The notes beneath the pieces are model-generated. The model was not told the DNA's origin. It ran no database searches and worked only from the letters and a program-made list of their open reading frames with translations. A stretch of 64,000 bases of DNA, taken from Alistipes sp. GTDB lineage: Bacteria > Bacteroidota > Bacteroidia > Bacteroidales > Rikenellaceae. The DNA is taken from NCBI GenBank assembly GCA_045644085.1, contig JAZRGH010000011.1, forward strand, positions 2,730 to 66,729. Direction: 5' to 3'. This document shows, piece after piece, positions 42,150 to 53,900 of this stretch (its first letter is position 1; every line of letters begins with the position of its first letter). A program made the translations under genes and the position numbers.

Positions 42150-44651
42150 ATGATGAGAAAGCAACACATTTTCTTCCTTGTTGCAACCATTGTGCTAAGT
42201 ACATCATGCAACGTAGAGGTTCCAAGCGTGGATACTCCTATGGAGCATTCTGGCTCCAACACATTAAGCATAACATTGCCTGCTGCAACCCGTACAAGTA
42301 TGGGACCAAAATCAGACGATGAATACCCGATGTATTGGTCAGAGGGCGACTGTATTGCTGTTAATGGCATAGCGTCAAGCAGTATAAGCATCAATGAGAA
42401 GGATCCGAGAAAAGCCACATTCTCATTTAATGACAACGTCTTGACGTATCCTTATCAAATCATCTTTCCTTACAACGAGGCAAATAGCATTGAGGAGCCC
42501 AAAGTAATATTTCCGGAGAAACAAAATCACGTTGAGGGTAGCTTTTCGCTGAATAGTGTCCCTATGTTCGGATACATAGAGAATCGCAAAGATGGTCTTT
42601 TCCTTCAACACCTCGCCTGCATACTCCGTTTCGAGATGCTTGCCGATGTTGAGGGCATCGAATTATCCACAATAACCATTACGTCAGAGAGTGGAAAACG
42701 ATTATCAGGAGAATTTTCAGTCGATATGGAGACCGGAGAGATAAGACCTACGGCAAATACATCGAGCAAAATCACCTATTATCTTCCTGAGGGCTATACG
42801 CTATCCACAGCGGAGAGCAATGTTTTCTATATCTCCATACCGGCCGTTACGCTTGGATCCTGCACAATTGTATTCACCACAACAAATGGTTGTAGCATGC
42901 AGACAAAGTGGAATTCGAGCAAGATAGAACCGGGTGTTGTGCGAGAATTCAAGGCTTTCACATTTAAGCAGGATAGCGAAGGTTATATCCAAGAAATGAA
43001 GGGCGTTGATGACAGCTTTTTACATCGATATCCGACCATTTTTGGTTATGTTCGCGACACAGAGGGCAATCCGATAGAGGGTGTTGTTGTAAGTGATGGT
43101 TTCTCGGTTACTACAACCAACCACAAAGGATTCTACTACATCAACGTCTTGCAGGATGCTTGGTATATCTTCATATCGGTACCATCAGAGTACAAGATTC
43201 CGATAAATCGTGATGGACAACCATGTTTCTTCAAGCCATATCCAGGATATTCGCAATTATACAACTTCACGTTGGAAAAATTGCCGGGAGGGAAAGAGAA
43301 CGAATTTATGCTCTTTGCCTTTGCGGATCCACAAACAGGCAGCGTGTCTGCCGTAAACAGATTTTCGAAGCAGGCTGCTCCGGAAATCAAGTCATACTCT
43401 TCATCGCTCGGCAAGCCTTGTTACGGCATCACTCTTGGTGATGTTATCTCGATGGGCTCAACAGATATATCCAAGGATGTACTGCCTGCCATGAGAGCTG
43501 CTATGCATATCGACTACATGGGTATGCCTGTATTCCAAGTTATGGGTAACCACGACAACTGCTTCATGTCATCGAAGAAGCCTGTCAAAGGCAAAGATAT
43601 TCGTGAGATAAATCTCAACATACAACGCATGTTCGAAGATGCATTCGGTCCAATAAACTACTCTTTCAATCGTGGTGATGCCCATATTGTAGGAATGCGT
43701 AATGTGCAATGGAAATCGGGAGATAATTGCGCTACTGCCAACACCCGAACTGCCTTTACCGAAGATCAATACAATTGGCTTGTAGCGGACCTCGCACAAG
43801 TACCAAAAGATAAAATCGTTATACTTTGTGTGCATGTTCCGCTCTACAACAACGGCAGTATCGGTGATGGATCATATCGCCAAGAGATTTTAACACTCCT
43901 CGATGATTTTGCCGAAGCTCATGTTCTATCAGGACATCTGCACTACCAAAGAAATTACGACCATACCGCTGTAAGCAGTTCGCCTCACAAAATATACGAG
44001 CATGCACAAGCAGCCGTAAATGGTGCAAGTTGGAGTAGCAACATCAATGGCGATGGTGTGCCGAATGGCTATGGAGTTTATCATTTCGACGGCAACACCA
44101 TAAAGGATTGGTATTACAAGGGTTATGCAAAAGGCATGGACTCGCGCGATTATCAGATACGATTATATCGCGGTAACGCCATCACCGGAGCACAACTTAC
44201 CGGTAGTGACAGCAATGGCACAAAGGGTTATTATCAATTTGGATATAGCGATGACACCCTTTTGGCAAACGTATTTAACTCCGACTCTCAATGGAAAGTA
44301 GAGGTATACGAAAACGGAGTCTATTCGGGAAATATGACAAGTTTGGCTGCCTATCATTGGGATATAACATACAACGAACTTATCGGTAGTGGTGTATATG
44401 ACGACCCTAAACGACCTCCTGTCGGCGCAGAATGTGGCCGTGATTTTTGGGCAGTGGGAGTGCTTTGCGGATACCTCGGCAGAAATAATGGTGGCTTATT
44501 CTACAAGCACTGTTACCAGCTATGGAAATACAAACTGAAAAACAAGAAATCGAAGGTTGAAGTAAGAGCTACTGATAGAAAAGGCAATGTTTACACCTGT
44601 TCGAAAATAACAGAAGGAACAGATATGACCTACGCTCTTTATACCGAGTAA
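42150..44651 (+). CDS. Lipoprotein with a fimbrillin-like N-terminus and a calcineurin-like phosphoesterase
   Basis: Lipobox-like STSC. ATRT..WSEGD.IAV fimbrillin-like start. VVVSDG, FADPQ, GNHD, GHLH and DGVPNGY motifs. Confidence 0.8.
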   Translation: MMRKQHIFFLVATIVLSTSCNVEVPSVDTPMEHSGSNTLSITLPAATRTSMGPKSDDEYPMYWSEGDCIAVNGIASSSISINEKDPRKATFSFNDNVLTYPYQIIFPYNEANSIEEPKVIFPEKQNHVEGSFSLNSVPMFGYIENRKDGLFLQHLACILRFEMLADVEGIELSTITITSESGKRLSGEFSVDMETGEIRPTANTSSKITYYLPEGYTLSTAESNVFYISIPAVTLGSCTIVFTTTNGCSMQTKWNSSKIEPGVVREFKAFTFKQDSEGYIQEMKGVDDSFLHRYPTIFGYVRDTEGNPIEGVVVSDGFSVTTTNHKGFYYINVLQDAWYIFISVPSEYKIPINRDGQPCFFKPYPGYSQLYNFTLEKLPGGKENEFMLFAFADPQTGSVSAVNRFSKQAAPEIKSYSSSLGKPCYGITLGDVISMGSTDISKDVLPAMRAAMHIDYMGMPVFQVMGNHDNCFMSSKKPVKGKDIREINLNIQRMFEDAFGPINYSFNRGDAHIVGMRNVQWKSGDNCATANTRTAFTEDQYNWLVADLAQVPKDKIVILCVHVPLYNNGSIGDGSYRQEILTLLDDFAEAHVLSGHLHYQRNYDHTAVSSSPHKIYEHAQAAVNGASWSSNINGDGVPNGYGVYHFDGNTIKDWYYKGYAKGMDSRDYQIRLYRGNAITGAQLTGSDSNGTKGYYQFGYSDDTLLANVFNSDSQWKVEVYENGVYSGNMTSLAAYHWDITYNELIGSGVYDDPKRPPVGAECGRDFWAVGVLCGYLGRNNGGLFYKHCYQLWKYKLKNKKSKVEVRATDRKGNVYTCSKITEGTDMTYALYTE

Positions 44652-44688
44652 CGAATAAATTTAATAATAACACAAATTATACGACATT

Positions 44689-45366
44689 ATGGGAAACAAA
44701 ATCAATGACCCTATTGCCAGATTGATGGGTTTGCGTTACAAGTCGCATCCTTGGCACGGTATCGAAGTGGGCGAGAAAGCACCGGAAGTGATTACCGCCT
44801 TTATCGAAATGGTTCCTACCGACACGGTAAAGTACGAGTTGGATAAGGTTAGCGGCTATCTCAAAATAGACCGTCCGCAGAAATATTCGAATGTTATCCC
44901 TGCACTCTATGGTTTCGTGCCACAGAGTTTCTGCGGAGAGAGTGTAGCAGAGTATTGTATGCAGCAGACCAGCCGTACCGACATCGTTGGTGACGGCGAT
45001 CCTCTCGATATCTGCGTATTAACCGAGCGCGATATTGCTCATGGCGATATTATTGTAAATGTTCGCCCAATCGGAGGTTTCCGAATGTTGGACGGCAACG
45101 AAGCTGACGATAAGATCATCGCCGTATTGCGCCACGATGTAACTTACAGCGGCTACAACGACATTTCAGAGTTACCAAAGGGTGTTATCAACCGATTGAA
45201 GCACTACTTCCTTACCTACAAGGATATGCCGGATTCGGAGTCGCAGAAGAAGGTTGAGATTACCGATGTATTTGGTCGCGAAGAGGCATACGAAGTTATC
45301 TCTCGCTCGTTGGAGGACTACAAAAACCACTTCAACGGCCTCGATGAGATTTTGCGTCATGTATAA
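44689..45366 (+). CDS. ppa: Inorganic pyrophosphatase
   Basis: HPWH, KYELDK, YGFVP, GDGDPLD and DDKII motifs. Confidence 0.95.
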   Translation: MGNKINDPIARLMGLRYKSHPWHGIEVGEKAPEVITAFIEMVPTDTVKYELDKVSGYLKIDRPQKYSNVIPALYGFVPQSFCGESVAEYCMQQTSRTDIVGDGDPLDICVLTERDIAHGDIIVNVRPIGGFRMLDGNEADDKIIAVLRHDVTYSGYNDISELPKGVINRLKHYFLTYKDMPDSESQKKVEITDVFGREEAYEVISRSLEDYKNHFNGLDEILRHV

Positions 45367-45387
45367 CACCTTAATCAGCGCAATAAA

Positions 45388-46203
45388 ATGTCGGTAGAAA
45401 GCAAAGTAAGAGCCGTAACAACCTTGCGACTCAAAGAGATGAAGGATAGAGGTGAGAAAATTTCGATGCTCACCTCGTACGACTATTCGATGGCAAAGAT
45501 TGTCGATAAGGCCGGTGTAGATGTTATTCTGGTTGGCGATTCGGCTGCAAATGTAATGGCGGGCTGGGAGACTACCCTGCCTATCACACTCGACCAAATG
45601 ATTTATCACGCATCGTCGGTTGTTCGTGCCGTAGAGCGCGCATTGGTTGTTTGCGACATGCCATTCGGAACATACCAGAGTGACTCGCAGGCTGCACTCG
45701 ACTCGGCTATCCGTATTATGAAGGAGACAGGTGCCGACTCGGTAAAGATGGAGGGTGGCGAGGAGATTCTCGACTCGGTAAAACGTATTTTGGCCGCAGG
45801 TATCCCTGTTATGGGCCACCTTGGACTCACTCCACAGTCTATCCACAAGTTTGGAACATATAGCGTACGTGCTAAGGAGGAGGCTGAGGCAGAGAAGCTG
45901 ATTCGCGATGCTAAGTTATTGGAGGAAGCCGGCTGTTTCGCTATCGTTTTGGAGAAGATTCCTGCGTCATTAGCTGCGCGAGTATCAAAGGAGTTGTCTA
46001 TCCCGACAATCGGTATCGGTGCGGGAGGTGCAACCGATGGTCAGGTTTTGGTAGTACACGATATGCTCGGCATTAACAAGGGTTTTTCGCCACGCTTCTT
46101 GCGTCGCTATGCCGACCTATATACCATTATGACCCAGACTATCTCGCACTATGTCGTGGCTGTAAAGTCGTGCGACTTCCCAAACGAAAAAGAGCAATAC
46201 TAA
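45388..46203 (+). CDS. panB: 3-methyl-2-oxobutanoate hydroxymethyltransferase
   Basis: [24 protein letters not shown] and DGQVLV motifs. Confidence 0.97.
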   Translation: MSVESKVRAVTTLRLKEMKDRGEKISMLTSYDYSMAKIVDKAGVDVILVGDSAANVMAGWETTLPITLDQMIYHASSVVRAVERALVVCDMPFGTYQSDSQAALDSAIRIMKETGADSVKMEGGEEILDSVKRILAAGIPVMGHLGLTPQSIHKFGTYSVRAKEEAEAEKLIRDAKLLEEAGCFAIVLEKIPASLAARVSKELSIPTIGIGAGGATDGQVLVVHDMLGINKGFSPRFLRRYADLYTIMTQTISHYVVAVKSCDFPNEKEQY

Positions 46204-46223
46204 ACAGCTATAAATAAGCAATA

Positions 46224-47528
46224 ATGAAAAGACTTCTATACATATTATTGATAATAGTTTTAAATCTATCATTAGTTGTCGGCTGTATACCTCCTGACAA
46301 GCCTCTGGGCCCGGAGGTACCAATTGTCGGTGCGTTGAAACTATCGCAAGAGCAGATGATGGTAGATGCTGAGGGTGGCGAATTTTCGGTAGATGTTTTC
46401 ACTGAATATAGCTACGAAACAATTACAAATGCCGATTGGATTACCACTTCGGGAGGTAGTTGCGGTCCGGATTATTGTACGCTCTATTTCACCGTAGCAA
46501 AGAACAATAGCGGCGCTGAGCGTGAGGGCGTTATCACCTTTTTCTGCGATGACTATAACCTCTCGGCAACACTCACCATCGTGCAGGAGGCAGGCTCGGA
46601 GCAAGGTTCAGACACCTCTATCCCGAACAATCAGATTTGGTACACTTCGTCTAATGGCGAAATTGTAACGCCATACGCAACCGATGTTTTCGGCGCAAAT
46701 ATCGTATCAAACACCTACGAGAATGGCAAGGGCGTTATAACTTTTGACGACGATGCTTCTTCGATTGGAGATGCAGCATTCGCTTATTGCAGTAGCCTGA
46801 CAAGTGTTACAATTCCCGATAGCATTTCTTCGATTGGAGAGTATGCATTCTATGGTTGCACCTCGCTGACAAGTATTACAATTCCTGATAGAGTTACTTC
46901 GATTGGAAGTTCTGCATTCCGTGATTGCAGTAGCCTGACAAGTGTTACAATTCCTAATAGCGTTACCTCGATTGGAGATTATGCATTCTATGGTTGCTCA
47001 GGTAGGTTAATAATTGACAGTAAAGTTGTTGAGAAAGATCGTCCGAATTGGAGCTCTCCAACATGGTTAGCAGGCTCAAATTTTACTGAAATTGTAATTG
47101 GAGATAGTATCACAAAGATTGGATCTACGGCATTCTATGACTATCAAAATATAAGAAGCTTAACTATTGGCAATAATGTTACCGAGATTGGAAAAGATGC
47201 CTTCTCCGAATGTCATAACATCGAGACTATCAACCTCGGAACTAATCTAACAAACATAGGCAACTACGCCTTTAATAAGAATTTCAGTCTAACGAGCGTA
47301 ACAATTCCTGAAAGTATTACTTCGATTGGATATGAGGCCTTTAATGAGTGTACAAGCCTTGCACATGTATATTGCAAGCCGACAACTCCGCCAACGGGAA
47401 ATTCTTATATGTTTGACGACAATGCTTCCGGCAGAAAGATTTATGTACCTCGCAATTCGGTAGATGCGTATAAATCCGCACAGTATTGGAAAGACTACAA
47501 ATCGTATATTGTCGGCTACGACTTTTAA
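46224..47528 (+). CDS. Surface lipoprotein with a BACON domain and BspA-type leucine-rich repeats
   Basis: Lipobox VVGC. BACON-like W..(TVAKN)..REG..IVQE segment. Repeats of the form IG..AF..CSSLTSVTIPDS. Confidence 0.85.
   Translation: MKRLLYILLIIVLNLSLVVGCIPPDKPLGPEVPIVGALKLSQEQMMVDAEGGEFSVDVFTEYSYETITNADWITTSGGSCGPDYCTLYFTVAKNNSGAEREGVITFFCDDYNLSATLTIVQEAGSEQGSDTSIPNNQIWYTSSNGEIVTPYATDVFGANIVSNTYENGKGVITFDDDASSIGDAAFAYCSSLTSVTIPDSISSIGEYAFYGCTSLTSITIPDRVTSIGSSAFRDCSSLTSVTIPNSVTSIGDYAFYGCSGRLIIDSKVVEKDRPNWSSPTWLAGSNFTEIVIGDSITKIGSTAFYDYQNIRSLTIGNNVTEIGKDAFSECHNIETINLGTNLTNIGNYAFNKNFSLTSVTIPESITSIGYEAFNECTSLAHVYCKPTTPPTGNSYMFDDNASGRKIYVPRNSVDAYKSAQYWKDYKSYIVGYDF
46761..46998 (+). repeat. 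69-bp tandem repeats encoding LRR units
   Basis: TCGATTGGA recurs at 46761, 46830, 46899 and 46968 (exact 69-nt spacing) with conserved CTGACAAGT.TTACAATTCC. Confidence 0.9.
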
Positions 47529-47538
47529 ATCGAGATAG

Positions 47539-47587
47539 CTGAAACAAATAAGTGCCACGCGAATATCGTGGCACTTATTTGTTTCAG
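47539..47587. terminator. Bidirectional terminator, 21-bp perfect inverted repeat
   Basis: CTGAAACAAATAAGTGCCACG-cgaatat-CGTGGCACTTATTTGTTTCAG. Confidence 0.85.
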
Positions 47588-47599
47588 TAGTATCTAAGT

Positions 47600-47926
47600 T
47601 TAAATATCGAAATCCGCATTATCAGCTGGCTCGTCCTCCTCTGAGTCGTCGTTTGCCAACTCATCTGCGCCCTTCAAATCGTCATCGTAATAGTCGCGAT
47701 CCTCCTCCTCGTGTGAAGCGTCATCAATCTTTACATCAATCTTCACAAGGTAGCTAATCTCCTCCGTCTCGAAAGGTACTGCAAAAAAGAACTCTCCGTT
47801 TGGTTTAGGGATACGCATCATAAAATCAGCAAAGCCTGCCGGGTATGCAGCTTTGACATCCTCCTGCAACTCAGGAGCAAGGTTATTAAAACTTACTACT
47901 AATCGTTTTTTTGCGCTTGGTGCCAT
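47600..47926 (-). CDS. Conserved hypothetical protein with an acidic C-terminal tail
   Basis: MAPSAKKRLVVSF...YP.G...AVPFET...YLVK followed by a D/E-rich tail. TATATTTG box at 47963-47970. Confidence 0.75.
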   Translation of the reverse strand: MAPSAKKRLVVSFNNLAPELQEDVKAAYPAGFADFMMRIPKPNGEFFFAVPFETEEISYLVKIDVKIDDASHEEEDRDYYDDDLKGADELANDDSEEDEPADNADFDI

Positions 47927-48055
47927 ATATGAATTCTGTTTTATTTGTTCTGAAATATGGCGCAAATATATTGCAAGGAAATGATTGCAACAAATTTTAT
48001 TCACCTTTTTTTTCAACAATTCAGAAATTCTCCGTACCTTTACGCAGTAATATAA

Positions 48056-50152
<2,097 letters not shown>

Positions 50153-50163
50153 GCAGTAGAGAT

Positions 50164-51051
50164 ATGGATAGAACTATATTCAAAGGATTAGGCGTTGCGT
50201 TGGTTACTCCGTTTATGCAGAACGGAGCGATTGACTTTGCAGCCGTAGCAAAGATTGTGGATAATCTCATAGCAGGTGGCGTAGATTACATCCTCGTACT
50301 CGGTACTACGGGCGAGACACCTACCCTTTCGGGCGACGAGCGTAAAGCGCTTATTCGTTTTGTTCGCGATAGAGTTGGAGGAAGAGTAGGCTTGATGGTA
50401 GGCATCGGTGGCAACTGCACTCACGATGTCGTAAAATCTCTAAGAAGTTGGGATTTGAGAGGTTACGATGCTGTTTTGAGCGTTAATCCATACTACAACA
50501 AGCCCAACCAGGAGGGATTATATCAGCACTTCAAGGCTATTGCTGAAGCTTCTCCACTTCCTATTATGCTCTACAATATTCCGGGTAGAACTGGTGTAAA
50601 TATGACACCTGAAACAATTGCTCGTTTGGCCAAAGATTGCGACAACATTCTTGGTGTAAAGGAGGCTTCGGGCAATTTAGAGCAGATGGAGCATATTAAA
50701 GCTCTCACGCCAAGCGACTTTCTACTGATATCGGGTGATGATGGTTTGACCATAGAGGTTATTAAGCGTGGTGGTGTAGGTGTTATCTCTGTATTGGCAA
50801 ATGCCTATCCTGCCGAGACTGCCGAAGTTGTCCACCTTGCATTAAATGGCAACATTGAAGATGCTGAGTACAAGTTACACGCTTTCGACGATATTATTTC
50901 ATCGTTATTCGAGGAGGGTAATCCTGTGGGTATAAAAACTGCCCTCTACTTGAAGGGTGTATGCACAAACACAATGCGCCTACCTCTTGTTTCGGGCAGC
51001 GAAGCCTTGCAGACAAAATTAAAAAAACAGATTGCAGAGTACGAAAAATAA
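50164..51051 (+). CDS. dapA: 4-hydroxy-tetrahydrodipicolinate synthase
   Basis: ALVTPF, GTTGE, PYYNKP, YNIPGRTG and KEASG motifs. Confidence 0.95.
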   Translation: MDRTIFKGLGVALVTPFMQNGAIDFAAVAKIVDNLIAGGVDYILVLGTTGETPTLSGDERKALIRFVRDRVGGRVGLMVGIGGNCTHDVVKSLRSWDLRGYDAVLSVNPYYNKPNQEGLYQHFKAIAEASPLPIMLYNIPGRTGVNMTPETIARLAKDCDNILGVKEASGNLEQMEHIKALTPSDFLLISGDDGLTIEVIKRGGVGVISVLANAYPAETAEVVHLALNGNIEDAEYKLHAFDDIISSLFEEGNPVGIKTALYLKGVCTNTMRLPLVSGSEALQTKLKKQIAEYEK

Positions 51052-51075
51052 TATCCAAGGCGTTAATAGGTCAAG

Positions 51076-51804
51076 ATGAAGCATATTATAGCAATACTTA
51101 CAGCTCTGTTCGTAGTCTTTTCGATATCGGCAAAGACTCCGAATAACGACCTTATTTTCGCTAATATCAACGATGTCAATTCGCCATTCTACTATCCGAA
51201 TTTGATGTTGCGATACAAGGAGGGTAAGCCAATGTCGGCAGAAGAGTATCATCATCTCTACTACGGATATGCTTTCCAGCCATCGTACAAGCCTCTCGAA
51301 GTAAATCCGTCGATGACTCGTGTGCAAGAGATTATGGCTCGCATATCTATCGAGAAACCATCTGTACACGATATTGACGAATTGATTGCGGCGGGCATAG
51401 CAGCGATGGAGTACGACCCATTCTCGCCTACACTACTCAATATTTTGGTGTATGCCTATGGCGCATCAGGCGACAGAGTTCGAGAGTTGGCATACTCCGA
51501 CCATCTGAATGGCATTTTGCGTTGTATAGAGCAATCGGGCGATGGATTAAAGGAGAAGAGTCCGATGCATATAATAATGTTCTCACACGGAACAGATCTT
51601 ATAGCATCAAAGAATATAGGCTACCGCAAAGGCCAAATCATGAGTCGCACGGTAGAATTTGTACCATTTGATACTCCTCGCGAGAAGGTCAAAGGATACT
51701 ATTTCGATTATAGTCGCATATATTGGAATAAACCTGAGAACTACACATTCAAGCGCGAGCGCACATGGCAGTTTAACAATCTCAAACCAAGAGAGTATAA
51801 ATAA
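51076..51804 (+). CDS. Secreted DUF4919-like protein
   Basis: Signal peptide, SPFYYPNL..RY, LYYGYAF and SGDG..E.SP motifs. Confidence 0.65.
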   Translation: MKHIIAILTALFVVFSISAKTPNNDLIFANINDVNSPFYYPNLMLRYKEGKPMSAEEYHHLYYGYAFQPSYKPLEVNPSMTRVQEIMARISIEKPSVHDIDELIAAGIAAMEYDPFSPTLLNILVYAYGASGDRVRELAYSDHLNGILRCIEQSGDGLKEKSPMHIIMFSHGTDLIASKNIGYRKGQIMSRTVEFVPFDTPREKVKGYYFDYSRIYWNKPENYTFKRERTWQFNNLKPREYK

Positions 51805-51820
51805 GAACGAGAGAAATAAG

Positions 51821-53860
51821 ATGAAGATATTTGCAAAATTGGTAGCAATAACTTTACCAGTCCTGTTGTTGGTAGGTTGTTTTAACAGCAAGGAAGGTAG
51901 TGCGAAAGTAGATGACCTTACTATTATGAGTGGCATCTCTGATCGCAAATTAATGCTGGACGGTAGCGAAGGCATAAGCTCGACATTCTCATTCAAGGCA
52001 AATTACGATTGGAAGATCATAGATTATAGCGGATTTACATGCAATCCGTCGATGGGAGCGAAGAGTAAAGATGGCGAAGTCATAAGCGTAGTGGCAACGC
52101 CTCTCAAATCGAACAATACCGCCGATACAATTCGTTTGAGCGACCTGAATTTCAAGTTGCTATCCACTCGTTTTGTAGGTCTTTCGGCATACCAGCTACC
52201 TCAAATTCGTTTACCAAAAGGGAACAACATTATTATTGATGCACTCAAAGGCTCGACTGCCACTTTAAGCTTCATATCCGGCAGTGACAACATTAAGCTT
52301 ATTGCCAATGGAGATATAACAGCATCATTGAGCACGAAAAACGACAAGAACGAATATACTATAACAGTAACAACAACAATATCCAATGACTCTGCAACAA
52401 ACCAGAAGATTGGAACTATTGCTTTCGATATTGATGGAGTAATACAGGAGAGCAAAATAGAGGTTATACAAATTTCGGCGATAGTATTGGATCGCAGCGA
52501 GATAGTTCTGTCGGGAAAGGCCGGTGGTCAAAATATTTTAGTAGTGAATAGCGATTTCGAGGTAGAGGCTTCAAGTCATTCCGAAAATTTCCACATATCT
52601 CGCGATAACAACACCTTCACAATTACAGCCATGCACGACAACAATGGTTCGGAGATGTTGACACTGGGCGCGATTGAGATTTCGTTGAAAGATGCTCCCG
52701 ACTGTAAGACGACCATCAACGTTAAACAGCGTAAGGCACAAGCGCCACAAACCATCATTATTCATTTTATCGGTACAGCTCTGCAACACTACTTCAATCA
52801 GAATATCAAAAAGATTCTCGAAGCGTTAGATGACGATATTCAGGGTGATGCACAAATTGTAGCAATAACAACCGACTCTACTAACGATGCAACACTTTAC
52901 GAGTTGCGATACGATGCCATTCTCGGCAAAGCGGTGCAAGAGAAGGTTAAGGAGTTGCCGTTACCGACACCTTATGATTCGGCACTCTTTGAGAACAATC
53001 TGAGAGAGGCGCTCAACTTTGCTCCTGCCGAGAAATACGCATTAGTTATTGGCTCGCACGGTCTCGCCTGGATACCTAAAAACAACTCTTCAAGCCATAC
53101 TCTTGCACTACAACGACTCGGACTATCGACAACGCAGCTGTGGAAACGTCGAGAGAATGCAGAGATGACTCGTCATGTGGGCGACAAGTCTCCTGTTCGC
53201 TATGATATCGAAGAAATTGCAGCAGCAATTGAGGTTAACAACATCAAATTCGAGTATATTCTCTTCGATGCATGCTTTATGAGTAACGTTGAGAGCGCAT
53301 ACGAGCTTCGCAATACAACCAACCATATAGTGGCTTCGCCATGCGAAGTTATGGGCTACGGTTTCCCTTATGCTCACATAATGCAATACATGCTCTTGGA
53401 TAGTGGTACTACATACAATCTCGATAAGATATGTAACAAGTATGTCGATTACTACGAAACCGAGGCGTCAACTCCTTCTGCATGCGTAGCAATAACTCAT
53501 ACTGCCGAATTGGAGGCATTAGCTACTGCAATGAAAGCAGTAAATGCAGCGGATAAGAAGGTAAATTTCTCGCTCGATAACGTACAATATTACGAGGGAC
53601 AAAATCCTCATTCATTCTACGATTTAGGAGACATGGTAGAGCAGTCGTGCGCTGATAGTTCGGTAGCGGCTACATTTAAAGCGCAGTTGGATAAAACGGT
53701 AACTTCACGCTATCACACTGATCGTTTTTACTCGGTATATGGCAACGACAATAAGTATTACCACAATATCAACTATTACAGTGGCATTACAACCTCTGCA
53801 ATGGTAGAGCACTACTCTACCGACTGGCAACAGACCGCATGGTATAAGGCAACACACTAA
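51821..53860 (+). CDS. Lipoprotein, clostripain (C11) family cysteine peptidase with N-terminal Ig/BACON-like domains
   Basis: Lipobox LVGC. SHG..W catalytic His, FDACFM catalytic Cys, EVMGYGFPY and AWYKA motifs. Confidence 0.85.
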   Translation: MKIFAKLVAITLPVLLLVGCFNSKEGSAKVDDLTIMSGISDRKLMLDGSEGISSTFSFKANYDWKIIDYSGFTCNPSMGAKSKDGEVISVVATPLKSNNTADTIRLSDLNFKLLSTRFVGLSAYQLPQIRLPKGNNIIIDALKGSTATLSFISGSDNIKLIANGDITASLSTKNDKNEYTITVTTTISNDSATNQKIGTIAFDIDGVIQESKIEVIQISAIVLDRSEIVLSGKAGGQNILVVNSDFEVEASSHSENFHISRDNNTFTITAMHDNNGSEMLTLGAIEISLKDAPDCKTTINVKQRKAQAPQTIIIHFIGTALQHYFNQNIKKILEALDDDIQGDAQIVAITTDSTNDATLYELRYDAILGKAVQEKVKELPLPTPYDSALFENNLREALNFAPAEKYALVIGSHGLAWIPKNNSSSHTLALQRLGLSTTQLWKRRENAEMTRHVGDKSPVRYDIEEIAAAIEVNNIKFEYILFDACFMSNVESAYELRNTTNHIVASPCEVMGYGFPYAHIMQYMLLDSGTTYNLDKICNKYVDYYETEASTPSACVAITHTAELEALATAMKAVNAADKKVNFSLDNVQYYEGQNPHSFYDLGDMVEQSCADSSVAATFKAQLDKTVTSRYHTDRFYSVYGNDNKYYHNINYYSGITTSAMVEHYSTDWQQTAWYKATH

Positions 53861-53898
53861 TATTAAAGGCGACCCCAGAATTGAGGTCGCCTTTAATA
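53861..53898. terminator. Bidirectional terminator
   Basis: TATTAAAGGCGACC / GGTCGCCTTTAATA, 14-bp stem. Confidence 0.85.
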
Positions 53899-53900
53899 GT

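Noticed and set aside
46761-46998. 69-bp repeats as a CRISPR array or DGR target
   Set aside because: They are in-frame coding repeats with no unique spacers. There is no cas or reverse transcriptase gene and no template repeat in the window.
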